Of a stretch of 64,000 nucleotides of DNA, positions 46,612 through 55,921 are shown piece after piece. The notes under the pieces were generated by a model. The model was not told the origin of the DNA and made no database searches. It saw nothing but the letters and a program-made list of their open reading frames with translations. Source of the DNA: an uncultured Candidatus Saccharibacteria bacterium (GTDB taxonomy: Bacteria > Patescibacteriota > CPR2_A > CAYFQT01); NCBI GenBank assembly GCA_964345445.1, contig CAYFQT010000038.1, positions 30,893-94,892 on the forward strand, in the 5' to 3' direction. The translations under genes were made by a program, and so were the position numbers. Numbering within the stretch: position 1 is the first letter of the stretch; each line of letters starts with the position of its first letter.

Positions 46612-46968
46612 CTAAAGACCCGGGGATGCTTTATTTAAATCAATTTCTTCCCAATCTCCTTCTTGATCATTCCACCTGTAAGCTGTGACTTTATGAGTTT
46701 TTTCAGTATCAGAGAAAATATATTCTACTTGTCCACTTTGAGCTTTTGTTTTCTTATAGTGGACTTTTTTTTCTAAAATAAGAGGTTTGGTGGTTCTTTC
46801 TAATTTCATTTTTCCTATACCTGAATTAAAAATAACAATTTCTTTTTTACCTTTTTTTTCTTTTTTACCCAACCCATCTTCTATTTGCAAATCTTCTGTT
46901 TTTTGATTTTCAATACCAAATTTTTGATCTATATTAAATATTAAATCTTCCCATTTTTCATCATTCAT
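46612..46968 (-). CDS. hypothetical protein
   Basis: 118-aa ORF, no domain recognised. Confidence 0.4.
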   Translation of the reverse strand: MNDEKWEDLIFNIDQKFGIENQKTEDLQIEDGLGKKEKKGKKEIVIFNSGIGKMKLERTTKPLILEKKVHYKKTKAQSGQVEYIFSDTEKTHKVTAYRWNDQEGDWEEIDLNKASPGL

Positions 46969-47128
46969 TGTTCCCTCACTAATAAATTATGAATCTTGCG
47001 TTCTTAATTTTAAAGATTATATTTAAATTCTAACTTTTATCTTATTAATCTAAATAATCTTCGCGTCCGAATCATTACGAATATTATATATAACTAATTC
47101 CTCATATCTAATAACCAATAACTAAATA

Positions 47129-47752
47129 TTATGGTATTCCAACAAGTTCTACAGCATCTATTTCATTCCAGCCAGGAATTTTTTTAGTATCTAAAGTTAT
47201 TTTTATAATATTTGTTTTGAAGTTTATCTTGGGGAAAGTTATATCTAAAGAACCTAGTCCTGAAGTTTCATCGTCGCCCGTCCAAATTGTATGATATTCC
47301 CCTTTTTCATCTTTTACTTCTAGTTTAGTTACTGCTCCGGGGTTATATGACTGGTAAATTTTTACAGCAGTTGCATATACATGGGTTTGATATTCAAGTT
47401 CTATCCATTCTTCACCTTTATTTTCTTCCCCTGGAGCCCAGGCATTTTCACAATCTCCATATTTTGTAACATCAGGTTCGCCTATAAGTTTTTTTTCAGA
47501 CCAATTTTCCTCTTCCGGAGTTCCATAACTGCTACTTACAGAAGCAGAACAAGCCCATTGCTTAAGTGCATTTTGGGAAATTTTAATTTCTTGATTATTT
47601 TTTTCTTTGGGTTGATTTTTAAATATAGTTTCTTTATTAGTATAAGGTAATTCTTTGTTTTTTTGATAATAGTAATATCCTAAAAGTACTCCTATAGCAA
47701 TAATTAAACCAATTAGAATTTTAGCCCAGAGTATAATTGTTGATTTACGCAT
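47129..47752 (-). CDS. membrane-anchored hypothetical protein with beta-sandwich (galactose-binding-like) C-terminal domain
   Basis: N-terminal TM; EWIELEY...IKIYQ...IDAVELVG pattern. Confidence 0.4.
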   Translation of the reverse strand: MRKSTIILWAKILIGLIIAIGVLLGYYYYQKNKELPYTNKETIFKNQPKEKNNQEIKISQNALKQWACSASVSSSYGTPEEENWSEKKLIGEPDVTKYGDCENAWAPGEENKGEEWIELEYQTHVYATAVKIYQSYNPGAVTKLEVKDEKGEYHTIWTGDDETSGLGSLDITFPKINFKTNIIKITLDTKKIPGWNEIDAVELVGIP

Positions 47753-47755
47753 ATT

Positions 47756-47941
47756 TTATTCACTGATTCTTCTTAATAAAATTCTAAGTCCTAATAAAAT
47801 TAATAAAACTGGCCAAAATTTCCAAATACTTTCTGTAATTATTCCCAAATTACGAAGTAGAAGAATTATCCCTAAAGCAATTATGAAAATTGCCCAAAAT
47901 ATCCCTCGAGAATTATAAGAAAAATTTTTAAAGTAAAACAT
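47756..47941 (-). CDS. small 2-TM membrane protein
   Basis: 61 aa, two hydrophobic helices. Confidence 0.35.
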   Translation of the reverse strand: MFYFKNFSYNSRGIFWAIFIIALGIILLLRNLGIITESIWKFWPVLLILLGLRILLRRISE

Positions 47942-47969
47942 AGTTTTAATTAACCTATTTAGAGAAATA

Positions 47970-49115
47970 TTAAGTATTTAATTCTTTTTTTCGCCTAAAA
48001 AGTTCTTTTTGGGCTATACCCAAAGCTCCTAAGCCAAGTAATATAACTATAAAATTAATAATTCCTCCTATAAAAGGAATATTTATAACAATCAAAATTA
48101 ACACTAAACCTAGAAATAAACTTTGTACCGTCGGTATATCTTGTTTTTTAGTAAAGTAAACTAAAGTTCTTTTACCTAAATATAAACCTACAAAGATTTT
48201 GCTTATATATATAACTATAATATATATACATAAAGTAATTAAAGCTAAAGGGACTCCTATTATAGTTATAAATAATAAAATACAGATTATAGGCACTAAA
48301 AACAATAAAACAAATCCTATTCCTAAACTTAGGAGAGATTTTTTCTGTAAATTATCGACGACTTGATTAGATTTTTTAGGAAAAAGATACATCAAAATCA
48401 ATCCTATAATTATCAAAGAGGCTAATGATATTATTTTTCCAATTAATATTCCTTTTACATTTGCTGTTTTTCTTACCTGTTGAGGAGTTTTATGTGTTGT
48501 TTGTCCTTTAACTTTACCTTGAATTTGAGCTTCTTTATCACTTGTATAATTTAAATCCCCGGCAATTACACTTTTTTCACTTAGAGTTAAATTTTCACAA
48601 CTTACATTTACATTTCCTTCAATCCCTCCACCAATTTCCAAATTTCCAACCTCACCTCTAACTTTTTTCTTTACTTTTCCATTGATTTTAACTGTTCCTC
48701 CATATACTATTACATCACCTTCAATTGAACTTTCTCCTCTAAAATCTACATTGCCAGCAAATACGATTACATCACTCATTACTGTTCCGCTTAAGGTTAC
48801 ATCTGCCCCAGCTACTCTGATGTCATCTCTTACTATTCCAGAGATATTTATTATCTGACCAACAGCAATTACATCACCAGAGACATTGCCTGGGATATTT
48901 ATTTTCCTTCCTGCAGCAATTACATCACCAGAGACAATTCCATCTATATCTATATTATTAGCAGCGGTTATAAAATCATCTTCTAAAACTTGGTCTTTAG
49001 AAACAAAAGTGTAATCTCCTGTACGGATTTCAGTAGCTTGGGCAATAGTTCCAAAGAAAAAAATTGAAATAAATAAATATAAAACTATTCCCCAAATTAT
49101 TTTTTTAGTTTTCAT
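47970..49115 (-). CDS. bactofilin/DUF4097-like beta-helix repeat protein with N-terminal signal and C-terminal multi-TM region
   Basis: Repeated GDVIA.G..I.I.G.V.G motifs. The ORF track starts at TTG 49163; ATG MKTKKIIW with GAGGGAGG SD near 49115 is the likely start. Confidence 0.55.
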   Translation of the reverse strand: MKTKKIIWGIVLYLFISIFFFGTIAQATEIRTGDYTFVSKDQVLEDDFITAANNIDIDGIVSGDVIAAGRKINIPGNVSGDVIAVGQIINISGIVRDDIRVAGADVTLSGTVMSDVIVFAGNVDFRGESSIEGDVIVYGGTVKINGKVKKKVRGEVGNLEIGGGIEGNVNVSCENLTLSEKSVIAGDLNYTSDKEAQIQGKVKGQTTHKTPQQVRKTANVKGILIGKIISLASLIIIGLILMYLFPKKSNQVVDNLQKKSLLSLGIGFVLLFLVPIICILLFITIIGVPLALITLCIYIIVIYISKIFVGLYLGKRTLVYFTKKQDIPTVQSLFLGLVLILIVINIPFIGGIINFIVILLGLGALGIAQKELFRRKKELNT

Positions 49116-49577
49116 ATTTTCCTCCCTCGTCGAAGTAAACTTCAAGCTTTGGCGATCCCACAAAGTAGAATCGCTCTCGCTTTTCGTTCACTTCTCCTCT
49201 TTTGGCAAAATACTTTAGTATTTTGCTTAGTGAAATATTAAAAATCTCAGTTTCCATTCCAAAATCACCTTGGTGTTTCTTGGTGTTTAAAGCTTCCGCT
49301 TATTTCTTCTCTCCGTTAAAATGCTAAAATATTTTAACAGGCTTTTTTGATAATAATTATTCCTTTGTGGGGTCGAAGGCCCCGACGACTCGCTTCGGAT
49401 CGCCCGAATCGAGGCGAGAACACAAGTGGATGTCGGGACAACTTTCATTATTTATATTCATTGTAAAAATTGAAGCCCTATCGTAACACAAGTGGATAAA
49501 AGGACAATTTCTTTTGTTAAATTAGTTAAATTACCATTTATTCTATTCTACTTTAATTCTTTTTTTTGTGCAAATTT

Positions 49578-49612
49578 TAAAAAGGGGTCGGTATATACCG
49601 ACCCCTTTTTAC
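49578..49612 (-). terminator. perfect 22-bp palindrome terminator (GGGGTCGGTATATACCGACCCC) flanked by A- and T-runs
   Basis: Symmetric hairpin immediately after the stop of the 49636..50637 gene. Confidence 0.7.
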
Positions 49613-49635
49613 ATTTAATATAGAACTCTTTTGTT

Positions 49636-50637
49636 TTAAGGAAAAGTAGGTGTTTCATAAATATCAGGTGTCTCGTAGTAATATTCTGGCATTTCATATA
49701 AAGATTCACCACCATACCAATTCATATAATATTCAGTCATAATATCTTCCAAAGATTTGGTTTTTTTAGGCTTTTCTACTTCTATTGGTTTATTATAATC
49801 TGAGAGGGTTATTTCCAAATTCACACCAATTTTATCTTTCGTATCAGGAATTTTAATATTAAATTTACTTTTTGTCTTATACAACAGATTATCTTTTTTG
49901 CCAATCCATAATTCAGCAGATAGTTCATCAATATTATCTAAAAGTTCTTCTAAACTTTTTTTATTTGAAAGGGTCATTTCCTCTCCTGTAATAATATCAA
50001 TATTTTTCTTCATAAATTCCAATAAAGCATCTTTATCTATAATTACTTGGTAATGATAACATTTTACTCCAGAGACAGTCTCCGGTTTTAAAGCTTTAAT
50101 TTCGGAAAATTCAGCTTCTTTAATTAATTCATTAAAAAATTTGCTAAAATTTAATTCCATATCTTCTCCATATAATCCAGAGAAATCAGAAGAAGATACT
50201 TTAATCCATTCATTTTCCAAAAAACTTAAGTCAATAGGGATATATTCCAAAGGAATATTGGGAATTTCTTTGATTATAAAGTATAATTCATCCTCGATTG
50301 TTCTTATTTCTAATTGACCGGAAAAAGTTATACCACCAGTTTCAAAGCTTCCGGAAATGTCATTTTTTGTTTTAGGATTATTAATATCTAATTTATCAAT
50401 ATCCCCTTCTGCGCTTAATTTTATATTAAATGGTTCATCATCAGTTTCTCCACTTAAGGTTAAATTATCCATTTTATAATGGTAAGTTTCAGTTTCTTTA
50501 CTGCTCATTTTTTCTTGCATTGCTGCCACAACTTTCTTTGGGGTTTTATATAGGTATTTATAAGCAAAAAATCCACCTGCGCCTAATACTCCTACTCCTA
50601 ATACAACAGCAATAATAATTTTTACTTTTTTAGTCAT
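49636..50637 (-). CDS. hypothetical secreted/membrane-anchored protein
   Basis: N-terminal TM/signal (IIIAVVLGVGVLGAGGFFAY), 333 aa. Confidence 0.45.
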   Translation of the reverse strand: MTKKVKIIIAVVLGVGVLGAGGFFAYKYLYKTPKKVVAAMQEKMSSKETETYHYKMDNLTLSGETDDEPFNIKLSAEGDIDKLDINNPKTKNDISGSFETGGITFSGQLEIRTIEDELYFIIKEIPNIPLEYIPIDLSFLENEWIKVSSSDFSGLYGEDMELNFSKFFNELIKEAEFSEIKALKPETVSGVKCYHYQVIIDKDALLEFMKKNIDIITGEEMTLSNKKSLEELLDNIDELSAELWIGKKDNLLYKTKSKFNIKIPDTKDKIGVNLEITLSDYNKPIEVEKPKKTKSLEDIMTEYYMNWYGGESLYEMPEYYYETPDIYETPTFP

Positions 50638-50816
50638 TTTTTCTCCTTACTTTTTTACCACAAATTTTATTAGGTATTATTATAAATTTTAATTTATTAA
50701 TATTCGACCTTATATTTTTTTATTTTTTATATAATAAATTAAATTATTTTTGTATAAGTTTATTTCAATATACTATAAAAAAGATAATAATGTCAAATTT
50801 TACAATTTTTGTCAAA

Positions 50817-51224
50817 TTATCTTTCATATTTTTCAATAAAACTTTTTGGTCTAATAACTTCAATCTTTCCAAATTTCTTTATTTTCAACAAATGTTTATC
50901 ATTACTAATAATATAATCAGCTCTAGCTTGTTTTGCACATTCTAGAAATTTATTATCTTCAGGATCCTCAGATACTATATGTAATTTTTTAATATTTTTA
51001 ATTTCTTTTCCAATTTGAAAGAATTTTTGTATTTTCTTTTTATATTTTTGATCAGCTTTAATATTATTTAAAATAAAATTTATCTCTTTTTTAATTTTCA
51101 AGCTAAATACAGGAATAAATTTTCTTTTAATACATAAATTGATAATTTTATATGAAGCAGATTTTTTGTTCCAATATGCTCCAATAAATAAATTAGTATC
51201 TAATACTACTTTTTTTCTATTCAT
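50817..51224 (-). CDS. PIN-domain protein (orphan, no adjacent antitoxin ORF)
   Basis: VVLDTNLFI N-terminal acidic motif, DPEDNKFLECA, ADYIISNDKHLL. Confidence 0.6.
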   Translation of the reverse strand: MNRKKVVLDTNLFIGAYWNKKSASYKIINLCIKRKFIPVFSLKIKKEINFILNNIKADQKYKKKIQKFFQIGKEIKNIKKLHIVSEDPEDNKFLECAKQARADYIISNDKHLLKIKKFGKIEVIRPKSFIEKYER

Positions 51225-51448
51225 CTAAGTTCACTTTTTGGTTTAATATATAGCTTATAGAAAAAATTCATTTAATTTATCTGAAGGCAGTCTTTGAGAA
51301 AACCATATCGCAGCCCCCCCAAATAAATCTTCACCTTAGAAAAACTTTAGATGGGGAGGTGAGATCTGAGTAGCGCCTGGGGCAAGCCTATCAAAATTAT
51401 TCAATTAGAGGCGACTGCGTGTTTTCGAGGTGGATAAAATCTTGTAGA

Positions 51449-52462
51449 TTATTTAAGTTCACTTTCTGCCTTTTTAATAGCTTTAGGTAAAAATTTAATA
51501 ATATCTGAAGCAATAATAGATCTTTGACCAATTTTCTTACAAGCTAAATCTCCAGCTAAACCATGTAGATATACAGCAGTACAGGTAGCTTCAAAAATTT
51601 TTGTTAGATTTTGAGCACATAATGTAGAAATAATTCCTACCAAGACATCACCCATTCCCGCAGTAGCCATAGCAGGATTTCCTGTTTTATTAATTACTAT
51701 TTGTCCTTTTTTATTTGAGATTACTGTGTTATTCCCTTTTAAGACTACAATAAATTTTAATTTTTCAGAAAGAGCGGGAGCAATTTTTAATCTATTTTTA
51801 TCAATAAATTCCGGTGTCTTTGATTTTTCTCCTTTTTCTTTGAGTGCATTAAATAATTTACTTGCTTCTTGTGGGTGAGGAGTAATGACAGTTTCTGTTT
51901 TTCTTTTGGAAATATATTTTTCTATTTCAGTTTTATCTTTTTTTTGTTTAATTACCTTTATCCCTTTTGTTAAAGCATTGATTCCGTCAGCATCTAAAAC
52001 CAGAGGTTTGCCTATAGCAAATATTAATTGCCAGATTAATTGAACTGTTTCTGGATTAGCTGATAATCCAGGACCTAAAGCTATAATATCAAAATCATCT
52101 TCTTTATTTTTAATTTGATCAAACGCTTTTAAACTTAGGCTACCCTCTTTTGTAGAAGGCAAAGGTAAAGTCATAGCTTCAGGAAGAATTTTTTTATAAA
52201 TATCTTTTAGTTTTTCTGGAAAACCTAAAACAACAATTCCTCCCCCTGATCGAAAAGCAGATTCACATACCAGCGCTGCGGCTCCTGTCATTCCTTTTGA
52301 TCCAGCAATAATTAATACTTTACCTCTTTGGCGTTTATAAATATTTTGAGGCATTTCCCAAAGAATATCTGGAAATAAAAGTTTATTTTGAGCCTGTAAG
52401 AAACAAGGTTCTTCGAATGAAGTGAGCAGGTTCTTATTTTGAATTTGAGGTTTTATTCGCAT
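51449..52462 (-). CDS. nnrD: ADP-dependent NAD(P)H-hydrate dehydratase (YjeF C-terminal-domain family)
   Basis: GSKGMTGAAALVCESAF and TAGMGDVLVG motifs. Confidence 0.8.
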   Translation of the reverse strand: MRIKPQIQNKNLLTSFEEPCFLQAQNKLLFPDILWEMPQNIYKRQRGKVLIIAGSKGMTGAAALVCESAFRSGGGIVVLGFPEKLKDIYKKILPEAMTLPLPSTKEGSLSLKAFDQIKNKEDDFDIIALGPGLSANPETVQLIWQLIFAIGKPLVLDADGINALTKGIKVIKQKKDKTEIEKYISKRKTETVITPHPQEASKLFNALKEKGEKSKTPEFIDKNRLKIAPALSEKLKFIVVLKGNNTVISNKKGQIVINKTGNPAMATAGMGDVLVGIISTLCAQNLTKIFEATCTAVYLHGLAGDLACKKIGQRSIIASDIIKFLPKAIKKAESELK

Positions 52463-52537
52463 ATTTGAAATTATTATACCATTAGAGGAAACATTCTGCT
52501 TTAAATAAAAGGTTGTGGTCAGGTGACTGCAGAGTTT

Positions 52538-53443
52538 TCACTTATGTTTCTTTAAATATTCATATACAGATAAAGCTGCTTTAGCACCCTCACCAGCTGC
52601 TACAATAATTTGTTTTTGAGGTATATTTGTTACATCGCCAGCAGCAAAAATTCCTGGGATATTAGTTTGGTTTTCTGAATTTATCTCTATTTCTCCTTTT
52701 TTATTCAACTTAACAAGAGTTTTTATAGAATAAGAAGCAGGTATAGAACCAATTTCAATAAAAACCCCATCTGTTTTAAGTTCTTTCTGTACCCCTGTTT
52801 TTTCCTTTATTTTAATTTTCTCTACTATTTTTTTTCCTTTAATTTCTAAAGTTTCTGTATTAGTTAAAATTTTTACTTTAGGAGATTTTTTTATTCTATC
52901 TTCAGTTTTTTCATCTCCCACAAATTCTGGGTTAATATTGATTAAATAGACTTTTTGGGCAATTTTAGAAAGTTGTAGAGCTGAATCTAAGGCTGCATTA
53001 CCCCCACCAATTACAGCAATAATTTTATTTGTAAAAAAAGGAGCATCACAAGTAGCACAAAAGCTTACTCCTTTACCTAAGAATTTTTTTTCTCCTGGAA
53101 TTTGTAATGTCCGAGGGATTTTTCCAGAGGCTATAATAATTGCTTTACATTGAAATTTATTTTTGGAAGTGATAACTTGAAAACCTTTAGATATTTTCTT
53201 TATTTTTTCAACAGTTTCTTGCTTTATTGGAATATTAAAATGTTCAATATGCTCTTGAAATTTTTGAATAAGTTTTACACCTGAAATTGACTTAAATCCT
53301 AAGTAATTTTCTACTTTAAATGATTTGGTTGCCTGACCTCCAATATTTTCAGATAAAATTAAAGTAGATAATTTTTTTCTTATAGTATAAATAGAGGCAG
53401 AAAATCCTGCTGGCCCTGCACCAATAATAATAACGTCGTACAT
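52538..53443 (-). CDS. trxB: thioredoxin reductase
   Basis: IIGAGPAGFSASIY, CATCD redox motif, GGGNAALD second Rossmann. Confidence 0.9.
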   Translation of the reverse strand: MYDVIIIGAGPAGFSASIYTIRKKLSTLILSENIGGQATKSFKVENYLGFKSISGVKLIQKFQEHIEHFNIPIKQETVEKIKKISKGFQVITSKNKFQCKAIIIASGKIPRTLQIPGEKKFLGKGVSFCATCDAPFFTNKIIAVIGGGNAALDSALQLSKIAQKVYLININPEFVGDEKTEDRIKKSPKVKILTNTETLEIKGKKIVEKIKIKEKTGVQKELKTDGVFIEIGSIPASYSIKTLVKLNKKGEIEINSENQTNIPGIFAAGDVTNIPQKQIIVAAGEGAKAALSVYEYLKKHK

Positions 53444-53460
53444 TATTGTCCCTTTCTATT

Positions 53461-54027
53461 TTAAATTTTACCAGTTAATAATTTTATTAATGTCTCTACA
53501 GAAACCATAATAGTTAAAGTTGGTTTGCCAGTAGCTATATTTTCTTTTAAATTTCCTCCTTTAATTAATTTTAAATTTAGAGTACTAATAGGTGTGGAAA
53601 GAAAATCTCCCATTTTAAATAAAATATCATTTAATTTAGTTTTTTTAATATTATCCTTTTTCTTTTTTTTCTTCTCTATTTTCTTTTCTATTTTTATCTT
53701 ATATTTTTGAAGTTGTGCACAATTTAACCAAATTCCCCCACATTCATTGCATCGATTCACTTGATAGAAATTAGGTAAATTAGAATCTTGGAAAAAATCT
53801 AATTTGGTTTTACATTTAGGACAGGAAAGGACGGTAGAGATAATTGAATCAATATCTCGTAATTTTCTAGTATTAATTTTTTTAATATTTTTTTTCTTGT
53901 CATATAATTCCCACCTATCAAACCAAATTCCTCCACAAGAAGGACATTGATTAATTTCTATTGTTTTACCCCATTTTGTTTTTGTATATACTTTTTCAGT
54001 TGGAGTATTACAATTTGGACAATTCAT
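53461..54027 (-). CDS. double zinc-ribbon protein (two CPxC...C..CGGIW(F/L) modules)
   Basis: CPNCN...CPSCGGIWFD and CPKCK...CNECGGIWLN repeats. Confidence 0.55.
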   Translation of the reverse strand: MNCPNCNTPTEKVYTKTKWGKTIEINQCPSCGGIWFDRWELYDKKKNIKKINTRKLRDIDSIISTVLSCPKCKTKLDFFQDSNLPNFYQVNRCNECGGIWLNCAQLQKYKIKIEKKIEKKKKKKDNIKKTKLNDILFKMGDFLSTPISTLNLKLIKGGNLKENIATGKPTLTIMVSVETLIKLLTGKI

Positions 54028-54249
54028 ATGCCCCCCAGTCTTCAGTCTTCAGTCTACTGACTACAGACTATGAATAATTACTATTCTAAGTTTATCATAT
54101 TTTTTTTAAAATCAAAAGATTATCAAATATAGTCCAATGATTTATTTTAATAATTTATAAATAAATAATCTTCCGCGACTGCGAAAGAAAATATATATTT
54201 ATATTTGGTAAATTTATAACTATATCAAAATATAAACAACAATTTTTAG

Positions 54250-54312
54250 AAAGAAAAAGAGCAAATTGATTTTATGTCTACTTAATAAGTAAATAACCAA
54301 TTTGCTCTTTAT
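54250..54312 (-). terminator. candidate terminator (12-bp inverted repeat AAGAGCAAATTG / CAATTTGCTCTT plus T-rich tail)
   Basis: Lies immediately downstream of the 54322..54678 gene on the minus strand. Confidence 0.4.
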
Positions 54313-54321
54313 TTTGGAATT

Positions 54322-54678
54322 TTATGGTTTTATTTCTTCAACAACTTTATAGATAAGTATTCTATTATTTAACACATTCTTAAATTTTATTTTAGCATAT
54401 TCTTCGGCATCTTCCTTTCGGGTAAAATAAACTGGAGAACCACTCATGGGAAAAAAAGCCTGAGGATTACCAAGACGAATTGTAAAATATGCTACTGGGT
54501 CTATTAGGTAAATCACATAGCTGTCAATTTGACAATGAGGAGTTAAGATACCATCTTTAATCAGCCGATTAGCTAGTTCGTTAAGTTTTTCATAATCCTC
54601 AACTTCTTCTAATATAAGAAACTTTTCCCAATCAACTTCTTGTTTAATATCTTTTTTTATCCCAATCCCTCCTCTCAT
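54322..54678 (-). CDS. hypothetical protein
   Basis: 118-aa ORF. Confidence 0.4.
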   Translation of the reverse strand: MRGGIGIKKDIKQEVDWEKFLILEEVEDYEKLNELANRLIKDGILTPHCQIDSYVIYLIDPVAYFTIRLGNPQAFFPMSGSPVYFTRKEDAEEYAKIKFKNVLNNRILIYKVVEEIKP

Positions 54679-54768
54679 TTTTCTCTTAATATGGTTTTTA
54701 ATGTGCTGAAGATTTTAATTTAGCATTTTTTAGAGATTTTTACAAAATCTTTTTTTCTTTTAAGAATA

Positions 54769-55347
54769 TCAGTAAGAACAGATTCTATTTTTTTGATTTA
54801 ATTGCTCAGTTTCAGAATGTGAGTTTTCTATAATGAAATCAGCTAATTTGATACAAGCTTCAACTTGCTGTCCTGATATAGGTTGGTCAATTCCTCTATC
54901 TCTTTGATCTGCTTTTATAAATTCTTCCCATTTTTGAGGGTCAGATGGTCTTTTTCTTTTGGTTATTCTTTGAAATCTTATTTTAAGTGGTGCTGTAACA
55001 CCGATAAGAAAGAAATTCTCCTGAGATTTGAGATATTTTACTTCATCAGGGTTTCTAATACTGTCAATAGTAATATTTTCCGATTTATTCTCTTGAGCTT
55101 TTTTGAAAACTCGCCTAGCTAATACATCGTTACCAAAACAATTTCTTAGATCATCGCCAATATTTTGAAGTAGTCTTCTTGTGAATTCTTTATCAGTAAA
55201 GTCTCTATCCCTTGCTTCCTCTCGAACTATTTCAGAAAGAGAAAGATAGGCAAAACCTCTTTGTTTTAAATAACAAGCCACTTCTCCTTTACCAGCCCCA
55301 ATATAACCTGAAAGTCCAATAATTAATTTTTGTTTTCCAATATTCAC
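54769..55347 (-). CDS. P-loop nucleotide kinase (dephospho-CoA kinase / dNMP kinase-like)
   Basis: IIGLSGYIGAGKG Walker A at the N-terminus, 192 aa. Confidence 0.55.
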   Translation of the reverse strand: MNIGKQKLIIGLSGYIGAGKGEVACYLKQRGFAYLSLSEIVREEARDRDFTDKEFTRRLLQNIGDDLRNCFGNDVLARRVFKKAQENKSENITIDSIRNPDEVKYLKSQENFFLIGVTAPLKIRFQRITKRKRPSDPQKWEEFIKADQRDRGIDQPISGQQVEACIKLADFIIENSHSETEQLNQKNRICSY

Positions 55348-55381
55348 TTTGTTTTACCCCCTTTATTTTTTGTAGAGTTTT

Positions 55382-55921
55382 TTATTTATTGTCATTCTGA
55401 TATTTTCTTAAAATTTCAAAAACAACCACCCCATAAGCAGTGGCGACATTTAAGGAATTGGCCATACCCAACATAGGAATGTTAATAGAAAAATCACAAA
55501 GATTTAAAGTTTTTTCTGAAATTCCTTCTCTTTCATGGCCCAAAACCAAACATAAAGGAAATTGATATTTGGCTTTGGTATATTCTATACTTCCATCTGT
55601 TTGTTCTAAAGCTATAATTTTTATTTTTTTATTTTTTAAATTACAAATTATCTTTGTAGCATCTTTATGATATTCCCAAGGAATAAATTCTGTTGTACCT
55701 AAAGCAGTTTTGCTAATTTCTTTTCTTGGTGGATAGCCAGTTATTCCGCATAAATATAATTTTTTAATTAGGACTGCATCAGAAGTTCTAAAAATAGCCC
55801 CTACATTATATAAACTGCGAATATTTTCTAAAACTATATAAATAGGATTTCGGGGTTTTCTTTTAAATTTAGAAGGTGATGGTTTATTTTCCACCAGTTG
55901 ACAAGTAGATAATTTTTTCAC
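55382..55921 (-). CDS. SpoU-family RNA 2'-O-methyltransferase (TrmH/TrmL-like)
   Basis: NVGAIFRTSDA and SLNVATA motifs of the SPOUT fold. Confidence 0.8.
   Translation of the reverse strand: MKKLSTCQLVENKPSPSKFKRKPRNPIYIVLENIRSLYNVGAIFRTSDAVLIKKLYLCGITGYPPRKEISKTALGTTEFIPWEYHKDATKIICNLKNKKIKIIALEQTDGSIEYTKAKYQFPLCLVLGHEREGISEKTLNLCDFSINIPMLGMANSLNVATAYGVVVFEILRKYQNDNK

Noticed and set aside
49136-49460. tmRNA, RNase P RNA or SRP RNA in the GC-rich intergenic regions (also 51250-51448 and 39437-39560)
   Set aside because: I looked for the tmRNA GGGG...UUCGAC 5' end and tag ORF, the RNase P P4 motifs (AAGUCCGG / ACAGAAACCCGGCUUA) and the SRP GGAA/AGCAG domain IV. None were found, so these are left as unclassified structured regions.
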